From IMG/VR virus record IMGVR_UViG_3300008459_000008, positions 42,240-106,239 of that record: DNA of 64,000 nucleotides; one strand, 5' to 3'. The position numbers and the translations under genes are program-made. A model generated the notes under the pieces. It was given only the letters and a program-made list of their open reading frames with translations. It did no database searches and was not told the origin of the DNA. The DNA comes from a virus. Below are positions 58,114-64,000 of this stretch, in pieces. The number at the start of each line of letters is the position of its first letter. Positions within the stretch are counted from its first letter, which is position 1.

Positions 58114-60366
58114 TTATTCGAGTATTAAAACTTTTTCACATTCAAACTCGTTTCTTCTAATTAAAAATTTATTTTTTTCTAAAGTATTTAATTTCTTACC
58201 GTTTAAATCATAATATCTAAATTCAGATTTACTTGGTTCAAATCCCATTTCATTTACAACATAAATCGGATTACTAATTGTATTATTTGAAACAATTCTA
58301 TAATAACTTATTCCCTTATAAGGATTTGTATCAAACCAAACATTATTTTCAGTCTGACCAACCACTTCCCATACTCCGTTGATATATTTTTGAATTTTAA
58401 CTTGACCCCAATCACTTAAAGTCCATTCCAATCTATTTTGTGAACCAAATGTTTTACCTTTGAATGAAATGATATTTAAAGGAAGAGGAATATCTAAACT
58501 ACCAAACATCGTAAAGTTATCAACTCTTGAAGTGCCAGCAGTTTGAATAGTACCACCCAATAAAGCATCTGTGGATGTATTTGTGACTCTGAAATAAACC
58601 GCAGGTTGGTCATTTATTTCAGTTACACCAGTCAAATCAAAAGAAATTGTGGATTCAGATTGATTGGATGTTGAAGACCAAGAATAAGCAGTATTGGATG
58701 TATTATTAAATGGAACGGAGTAATTTGATATATCTGTGAAATCTACACCATTTATACTCCATTGTAATTTGAAATTCTTTGGACCAGTTCCACTGGATGT
58801 TTGGTCGAAAGTTAATTTGATGATAGTAGTATATTGAGTATTAACTTGAAATTGAAAATAATCTCCTACTCCCCAATGAGTTGAACCGATGGATTTAGTA
58901 CTACCATTACCAACTAATGACGACCATACTGTTGATGATGAATTGTGAAATCCACTAATAGATGTATTTGTTGTTTGTTCACCTAGATCTGCTTGAGAAT
59001 TTGTCACTGTTGGTGTTTGACCAGTACCAGAAAAACTCAAAGCCTCAAATGACCATCTTGATACAGGATCATCAACCATCAAATCCTTTGAAATACTTAC
59101 AGCGGCATTGAAATTACCATCACCGTTTTGTATAGCAGTTATTGTAGTAATTCCTATACCTACTATATGAATATTCCCATTAACTATTGTAGCCACATTC
59201 ACATCAGAACTCGTATAAGTTACTGGTAGACCAGAACTTGAATATCCCTCTGGTAGAAAATCCAAATCATAAATTGACTTATAAGGTAAATCATCAAAAG
59301 TTATAGTTTGATTTGCCTTAGATACGAAATTACCTGAAGAAGGTGTTGTAATATTAACATTAGACGCGCCAGTTGAACTTAAAACAATATTCACATTATT
59401 GTAGTTTCCTGACACGTTTGCGGTTGATGACAACCTAATTCTAAGTGTGCCGGAAGCAGATCCACTTGACTGTGTGAAAGTTGCGGTATTACCATAATTA
59501 TTACCATCACTTGAAACCTCAAACCCAATTGGTGCAGTTGCTGTAATATTAGCATTGAGATTTGATCCAGATATAGAAAAACTTTGGATTGATGATGGTG
59601 TCCCATATGTAGTTGTGAATGGTTGTGTAGTTGCAGATCCAGTAATGACTGGTGATGGATACGTAGCAGTAACAGAAATATCATCAATTCCGATTGCTTG
59701 TGAATTAGATCCATTAGCCGCCCCAACAGTTAATTGCCATCTAAGATAGATTGAAGAGTTTTGAGGAATATTCAGACTACTAATATTAAAAGCTGATTTT
59801 TGAATTATTCCACAATTTGTAGAGTTTGGATTACCTGTTGGATTGAAACTATAAGTAGAAGAACCTGTTGGTAACAAAGATGATGAAATGTCACCTGATG
59901 TAAAGGCAGTCCAAGTGGAACCGTTTGTAGAATAAAAGAATTGTACAGAGGCCGCGGTTGATTGTATTCTATATCTTTCTAGATTATAGGAGATTGATAA
60001 AGAAATAATATTTTTTGTATTAGTATTCCTATACATCCCCATAAGACTAAAAGGACCAGTCAGGCTTGTAGAAGACATAGCGCCAGGACATCTTTCACTA
60101 CTTGAAGAACCAAAGTTGTATGTACCACCAGTTGTCGGTGAACCAGAAGAGGATTGTACATTTACAGATCTTGTACCACCTGAAAAAGTTGGTGTTGTAC
60201 TTCTTTGAACTCTCCAGTTTGTAGATAATGCATTCGAAGTCAAAGTAGACATCGAATTAAAATTTTCAACCACGGGAGTTGAATTAGCAAGGTTTATCTG
60301 TGAATAACTTTGCGTGAACAAAAGACTTAAAATGAATGTGAAAATAGATTTTAACAAGTTTTTCAT
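58114..60366 (-). CDS. Secreted multi-domain beta-sandwich protein with Ig-like domain and T9SS-like C-terminus
   Basis: Signal peptide ending SYS-Q; ANQTITF...SSGLPVTYTSSD Ig-like segment; PLPLNIISFKG...LEW...YYRI; terminal YYDLNGK...KVLILE. Confidence 0.7.
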   Translation of the reverse strand: MKNLLKSIFTFILSLLFTQSYSQINLANSTPVVENFNSMSTLTSNALSTNWRVQRSTTPTFSGGTRSVNVQSSSGSPTTGGTYNFGSSSSERCPGAMSSTSLTGPFSLMGMYRNTNTKNIISLSISYNLERYRIQSTAASVQFFYSTNGSTWTAFTSGDISSSLLPTGSSTYSFNPTGNPNSTNCGIIQKSAFNISSLNIPQNSSIYLRWQLTVGAANGSNSQAIGIDDISVTATYPSPVITGSATTQPFTTTYGTPSSIQSFSISGSNLNANITATAPIGFEVSSDGNNYGNTATFTQSSGSASGTLRIRLSSTANVSGNYNNVNIVLSSTGASNVNITTPSSGNFVSKANQTITFDDLPYKSIYDLDFLPEGYSSSGLPVTYTSSDVNVATIVNGNIHIVGIGITTITAIQNGDGNFNAAVSISKDLMVDDPVSRWSFEALSFSGTGQTPTVTNSQADLGEQTTNTSISGFHNSSSTVWSSLVGNGSTKSIGSTHWGVGDYFQFQVNTQYTTIIKLTFDQTSSGTGPKNFKLQWSINGVDFTDISNYSVPFNNTSNTAYSWSSTSNQSESTISFDLTGVTEINDQPAVYFRVTNTSTDALLGGTIQTAGTSRVDNFTMFGSLDIPLPLNIISFKGKTFGSQNRLEWTLSDWGQVKIQKYINGVWEVVGQTENNVWFDTNPYKGISYYRIVSNNTISNPIYVVNEMGFEPSKSEFRYYDLNGKKLNTLEKNKFLIRRNEFECEKVLILE

Positions 60367-60451
60367 ATGATTATTTTTATGTTTTTATTTTATATATCAA
60401 AATAAAAACATAAGTTTAATCTTACAAAAATATTAAAATAATACAATTTTA

Positions 60452-60916
60452 TTAATTTTTTTGATTAAATGGGTCATTCTTTAGACTATCAACTATTTTT
60501 CTGATCCTTTCTTTCATGGTATTGCCATATTCTTTAGGTAATTTTTTTTGAAAAATAATTTCATATTCGTGGCAAAGTAGATCCCTTTCCTTTTGATTTA
60601 GTTGTTGAGCCACTTCATCAAGTCTCAATTTATAGGATTCTCTTACAATTGTTGATGCTAAAAGATTAATAGATGGGGCACCAACAGTCCTCAAAGGTAT
60701 GTTGATAATACCATCATCGGATTTTGGGATGGTATCAGCAGAAATCAAAATTTTATCACAATAATCACTCACAAGCACGAAAGATGTAGCATCAGATTCT
60801 TTGATCAAATCAATCGCAGCTTGAATTTTCAAAGAAAACGTTTCATCGACTATAACTTTAAACTGAGCATTTGAGATATTTACTAGAAAGATAAAGGGTA
60901 GAAATAATTTTTTCAT
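60452..60916 (-). CDS. Secreted hypothetical protein
   Basis: Start moved to ATG 60916 (MKKLFLPFIFLVNISNA-Q). Confidence 0.6.
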   Translation of the reverse strand: MKKLFLPFIFLVNISNAQFKVIVDETFSLKIQAAIDLIKESDATSFVLVSDYCDKILISADTIPKSDDGIINIPLRTVGAPSINLLASTIVRESYKLRLDEVAQQLNQKERDLLCHEYEIIFQKKLPKEYGNTMKERIRKIVDSLKNDPFNQKN

Positions 60917-60949
60917 AATAAGTTTATGTATAAATCTAGGATAAGTCCA

Positions 60950-60957
60950 CAAATGTA
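60950..60957 (-). promoter_or_regulatory. Bacteroidota sigma-A-type -7 element
   Basis: TACATTTG on the minus strand, with TTTG upstream. Confidence 0.55.
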
Positions 60958-60992
60958 AAAATATTATTTTGATATACAAATAAATATCAAAA

Positions 60993-61154
60993 TTAATTAC
61001 AATGAAAAAGGTCACCATCGGTGACCTTTTTATCTTTTTTTCGACAATATTTCTTTTTTGAAACAACAACCCTCGTTGTGAAACGAGCATCATTACCCGT
61101 ATCCCTAATCAAAAGGTCTCGTTTTATTTTTTTGAAATTAATTGTCTGTTTCAT
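60993..61154 (-). CDS. ArfA-like alternative ribosome-rescue peptide (53 aa)
   Basis: MKQTINFKKIKRDLLIRDTGNDARFTTRVVVSKKKYCRKKDKKVTDGDLFHCN; D..F..RV...KK.Y.RK.K core; terminator inside the CDS. Confidence 0.6.
   Translation of the reverse strand: MKQTINFKKIKRDLLIRDTGNDARFTTRVVVSKKKYCRKKDKKVTDGDLFHCN
61005..61031 (-). terminator. Intrinsic terminator inside the ArfA-like CDS
   Basis: AAAAAGGTCACC-GAT-GGTGACCTTTTT; the U-tract ends 9 nt before the TAA. Confidence 0.75.
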
Positions 61155-61323
61155 TTTTTGATTTGTTAATTTTCTGCCCCACTTTTTCGAAAGAATCCTC
61201 AAGAATGTAGAGGCACAACATAGTTGTGACCATATCAGTAACACCAAGAAGATAGTACATAAAAGCCCCAATCAGCCATACAAAGTGACCGTAAATTTTA
61301 ATAAAGTTTAGTATATTTTTCAT
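61138..61323 (-). CDS. Small membrane protein
   Basis: Two hydrophobic segments; overlaps the ArfA-like start by 17 nt. Confidence 0.55.
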   Translation of the reverse strand: MKNILNFIKIYGHFVWLIGAFMYYLLGVTDMVTTMLCLYILEDSFEKVGQKINKSKNETDN

Positions 61324-61327
61324 AATA

Positions 61328-61335
61328 CAAATATA
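61328..61335 (-). promoter_or_regulatory. Bacteroidota sigma-A-type -7 element
   Basis: TATATTTG on the minus strand, with TTTG ~20 nt upstream; 4 nt before ATG 61323. Confidence 0.65.
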
Positions 61336-61365
61336 CGACTTTTTTTGATAATGGTTACAAAAAAT

Positions 61366-61839
61366 TTAATATTTCCATTCAATTTTTTGAAGAGACTTAA
61401 ATGGTTTTTTAGTAACTCTTTCTAAAATGGCTATTCCATAACAACCTTTGACTACTCTTTTCTCTTCGTCGAGAACTTGTTTTGTTTCAATCATTAAAAA
61501 GTAATTTTCAGTCCTTTTCATAGGCTGATATCTTAACATATAATCATCCTTTGTTATTAGTTTTTTTGTTAAAACGTGTCTATTTAAAGTGATCAAAGAA
61601 ACTTTCAAGGTATCTCCTAAATCTTTTGATTGAAATAAAAACGCTAATTTGGTTTTGTAACTAACATCGTTTAATTTGACGTAAGTCGTTTGACCAGATT
61701 TTACTTGAAAAACTACTTTGTCATATAAAACATAAGGGATTATATCAATACTATCCAATTTATTAGATAGTAAATCAAAACACTGTGAGTATAAGGTGTT
61801 TGTAATTAAAAATAATGTTAAAAATAAAAAAACCCTCAT
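61366..61839 (-). CDS. Secreted hypothetical protein
   Basis: Signal peptide MRVFLFLTLFLITNTLYS-QC. Confidence 0.65.
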   Translation of the reverse strand: MRVFLFLTLFLITNTLYSQCFDLLSNKLDSIDIIPYVLYDKVVFQVKSGQTTYVKLNDVSYKTKLAFLFQSKDLGDTLKVSLITLNRHVLTKKLITKDDYMLRYQPMKRTENYFLMIETKQVLDEEKRVVKGCYGIAILERVTKKPFKSLQKIEWKY

Positions 61840-61864
61840 AATCTATTTATTAAATTATGAGGGT
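61826..61864 (-). terminator. Terminator after the tRNA; its 3' arm contains the ATG of 61366..61839
   Basis: Minus strand ACCCTCATAAT-TTAATAAATAG-ATTATGAGGGT-TTTTTT. Confidence 0.7.
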
Positions 61865-61878
61865 GGGATTTTGGTGTG

Positions 61879-61984
61879 TGGGCCCTGTTGGATTCGAACC
61901 AACTACCTGCGGTTTATTTCTTCCAAGTGAATAAATACTATTCAAAAATGAGACCGCTGCTCTGACCGATTGAGCTAAGAGCCC
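61879..61984 (-). tRNA. tRNA(CAU), probably Ile2, with a 32-nt insert/intron in the anticodon loop
   Basis: GGGCTCT/AGGGCCC acceptor stem with A73; D-arm AGCTCAATCGGTCAGAGC; anticodon stem GCGGT/ACCGC; CT-CAT then 32 extra nt (61916-61947) then AA; T-arm GTTGG-TTCGAAT-CCAAC; no adjacent encoded CCA. Confidence 0.85.
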
Positions 61985-62020
61985 TTTATTTTGTTATATT
62001 TAAAATTAAATGATTGTTTC

Positions 62021-62059
62021 GAACTTGCGTTTTTAATACATAAAAATAAATGCGAGTTC
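62021..62059 (+). promoter_or_regulatory. Hairpin occluding the translation start region of the GIY-YIG gene, with a late-promoter-like loop
   Basis: GAACTTGCGTTT...AAATGCGAGTTC ends 1 nt before the ATG; the loop contains TAATACATA. Confidence 0.6.
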
Positions 62060-62060
62060 A

Positions 62061-62702
62061 ATGTTTTATACTGTTTACAAAATTACAAACAAAATAAATA
62101 ATAAAATTTATATTGGTGTTCATAAAACAAAGAATTTGGATGATAATTATATGGGATCCGGTAATAAAATTAAATTAGCAATAAAAAAATACGGAGTTGA
62201 AAATTTTGTCAAAGAATATCTCGCAATATTTGATAATCCTGAAGATATGTTTGATATGGAATCCAAAATTGTGAACGAAGAATTTATTTCTAATAAAGAA
62301 ACTTATAATATGACTATTGGTGGAAATGGATCCTGGGATTATGTAAATAATAACTTATCGATGGAAGAAAAAATAAATCACGGCAAGTGGTTGAGTGATA
62401 ATTATGCATCAAAGGGAGGTTCTTGGAAGAATTATGAAAAAAGAATTAAGGTTTGGAGTGTAGTTCCACTCGAGATTAGGCAGGAAAATGCCAGAAAAAT
62501 GGGTTACAAATTTGGTGGACAAAACAAATTCGAAAAAATAGAAATAGACAAAAGATTGGGATTGATTAAGGATATTGATCTGACAGAATTTGGTTGGGTC
62601 AAAAAGGTTGCAGATATTCTTCAAATATCACATACACAAGCCAAAAGATTTATAAAGAAGTATTATAAGGGGGAATATTATCAACGCAAAAGTCCAAGTT
62701 GA
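62061..62702 (+). CDS. Free-standing GIY-YIG homing endonuclease (Seg-like)
   Basis: YTVYKITNKINNKIYIGVH...YMGSG...AIKKYG.ENF...E...YNM..GG; C-terminal HTH-like segment; inserted antisense between two tRNA genes. Confidence 0.85.
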   Translation: MFYTVYKITNKINNKIYIGVHKTKNLDDNYMGSGNKIKLAIKKYGVENFVKEYLAIFDNPEDMFDMESKIVNEEFISNKETYNMTIGGNGSWDYVNNNLSMEEKINHGKWLSDNYASKGGSWKNYEKRIKVWSVVPLEIRQENARKMGYKFGGQNKFEKIEIDKRLGLIKDIDLTEFGWVKKVADILQISHTQAKRFIKKYYKGEYYQRKSPS

Positions 62703-62709
62703 TATTGTG

Positions 62710-62785
62710 TCGGCAAGATGGGGATCGAACCCATATGCACCTATTACCCTTTCGACACTTTATAAGAGTGAGGGGATACTCGCCG
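62710..62785 (-). tRNA. Atypical tRNA-like RNA with UAU anticodon and no canonical D-arm
   Basis: Acceptor CGGCGAG/CTTGCCG with A73; U8-A9; anticodon hairpin CACT-CTTATAA-AGTG; T-arm ATGGG-TTCGATC-CCCAT; only 6 nt in place of the D-arm and a 21-nt 3' connector. Confidence 0.7.
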
Positions 62786-62800
62786 AAGTGATTTGTTATA

Positions 62801-62808
62801 CAAAGATA
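62801..62808 (-). promoter_or_regulatory. Bacteroidota sigma-A-type -7 element driving the tRNA-like gene
   Basis: TATCTTTG on the minus strand, with TTTG ~20 nt upstream; 15 nt before the RNA. Confidence 0.7.
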
Positions 62809-62837
62809 ATACAAAAATGTTTAGTTACAAAGAAAAA

Positions 62838-63587
62838 TTAACTTTTTCTCCTACCAAAACTATCTACACTCCCATCGTGTTTAAAAGAACCATCCATATT
62901 ATACATAGTTCCAAAGTGATAACCCTTATCATCAAATAGATCCCATGATACATCATTTCCAATTTTTCTATATCCATACATTAGAGTTCTGTACTCATTT
63001 GTTTTTTTACCAACTAGCAAAGCCCTTTTGTTTCTGGAATAATCATTAATTTCGTATTTTAGTAAGTCATAGTTATTACTCTCGTTTATAGGACTTGAGT
63101 TAACCCAATCAGTAAAACCATCCCAACCATCTATAAACCAGTTAATACTTTTTAAAAAAATATCATTATCTTTCATTGGATATCTTACCTCAAATGCTTT
63201 CCTTGGAGTATTACCACTTACTGGAACCCCATCAGATTTTATGAAAAAGTAATCATCTTCATACTTTGTTACTGTTACATCAAATCTCATTTCGTTGGGA
63301 TATTCCAATTTCCAATTTACCCTACACATTATATCTTTTGGGTCTAATCTACCAAGTGAGTAAACACTCCTATATTTTAATTCAACACCAGTAAGTTCCG
63401 GTTTAAAATATTTGAGTAATAATCTTTCTATTTTTGGGTAATCACTTTCAGTAAGTGCTGATGGACCAGGATATTTAGCCAAATCATCTAATAGGTTCCA
63501 AGTATCACCTGGATCAAACTCTTGAAATGACTGACCTTCAAGGTAATCTTCAATATGAGATTCGTTAAATCTTTTCAAGTATTTCAT
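62838..63587 (-). CDS. Hypothetical protein with capsid-targeting-like N-terminus
   Basis: MKYLKRFNES plus internal INES; TAATATATAG upstream. Confidence 0.65.
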   Translation of the reverse strand: MKYLKRFNESHIEDYLEGQSFQEFDPGDTWNLLDDLAKYPGPSALTESDYPKIERLLLKYFKPELTGVELKYRSVYSLGRLDPKDIMCRVNWKLEYPNEMRFDVTVTKYEDDYFFIKSDGVPVSGNTPRKAFEVRYPMKDNDIFLKSINWFIDGWDGFTDWVNSSPINESNNYDLLKYEINDYSRNKRALLVGKKTNEYRTLMYGYRKIGNDVSWDLFDDKGYHFGTMYNMDGSFKHDGSVDSFGRRKS

Positions 63588-63599
63588 AGATACTATATA

Positions 63600-63821
63600 T
63601 TAAGTATCTAAAATAGTATCTATTTTCTCATCCCTAACCACAGATTGAGCTAAAACAGCACCATCTTCAAGTAAAGTATTTAAGTATAACCTTGAATCGT
63701 GTTCACCATTTATAAACCACCTTTGACAACCCATAACACCCGTTTCAGTAAGGACTTCATATTCCTTACCTTGAATCAAAGAATGATTATACCTTTTATT
63801 ACTCACACAAACTACTTTCAT
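63600..63821 (-). CDS. Small SH3-like barrel protein
   Basis: MKVVCV...LIQGKEYEV..., ending VRDEKIDTIL. Confidence 0.55.
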   Translation of the reverse strand: MKVVCVSNKRYNHSLIQGKEYEVLTETGVMGCQRWFINGEHDSRLYLNTLLEDGAVLAQSVVRDEKIDTILDT

Positions 63822-64000
63822 ATAGTAATTGATTTAAGATTTCTTCTCTACGTTCATAAAGTGGTTTAAACAACTTCATAGGATAATGTCCAATTCTTTT
63901 TTCATCATGGAAAACCAAACACCATTTATCATTGTCATAAGAGTCTAATTCATATACTTTACCAATAGTAAAAGGTGTTACTCTGTCTTCATCTAATGGA
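63799..64000 (-). CDS. Small SH3-like barrel protein (5' end outside the window)
   Basis: Open frame ...PFTIGKVYELDSY...HYPMKLFKPLYERREEILNQLLYESSLCE*. Confidence 0.55.
   Translation of the reverse strand, partial: PLDEDRVTPFTIGKVYELDSYDNDKWCLVFHDEKRIGHYPMKLFKPLYERREEILNQLLYESSLCE

Noticed and set aside
60917-61271. Longer versions of ORFs 60452..61093 and 60993..61271
   Set aside because: The extensions overlap neighbouring genes, a terminator and a promoter; ATG 60916 (signal peptide) and ATG 61154 are better starts.
1-64000. Stop-codon reassignment as in some huge phages
   Set aside because: Long ORFs are intact in code 11, and TAA, TAG (38695, 56105) and TGA (27428, 50023) all end genes at sensible boundaries.
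1-64000. Bacteroidota chromosome or contractile injection system locus rather than phage
   Set aside because: T4-like tube, hub and wedge genes are scattered among UvsY-like, Seg-like, tRNA and many orphan genes, with no housekeeping operons.

Overview
This window is a gene-dense, very AT-rich segment of a large T4-like (myovirus-type) jumbo or huge phage. The host is very probably Bacteroidota: there are TAnnTTTG promoters, no Shine-Dalgarno motifs, Q-rule signal peptides and T9SS C-terminal domains. The first 16 kb holds three paralogous signal-peptide-bearing metzincin proteases with 10, 18 and 8 FN3-like repeats. Tail tube, baseplate hub and wedge, and fibre-like genes follow, mixed with accessory enzymes (glycosyltransferases, LpxH-like, MazG-like, guanylate kinase, J-domain, AAA, amidoligase, DHH, PD-(D/E)XK). 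Many unknown proteins carry an N-terminal motif resembling the T4 capsid-targeting sequence. The most unusual region is a translation-related island at about 61.0-62.8 kb. It has an ArfA-like ribosome-rescue peptide with an intrinsic terminator before its stop codon, a tRNA(CAU, probably Ile2) with a 32-nt insert in the anticodon loop, a GIY-YIG endonuclease, and a tRNA-like RNA with a UAU anticodon and no conventional D-arm. Also notable are a ~155-nt pseudoknotted ncRNA candidate at 30.8-31.0 kb, a probable +1 frameshift between the gp26-like and gp51-like ORFs, and recurring hairpins that combine a promoter, a start codon and sometimes a terminator. All family assignments come from motif recognition by eye; no searches were run.
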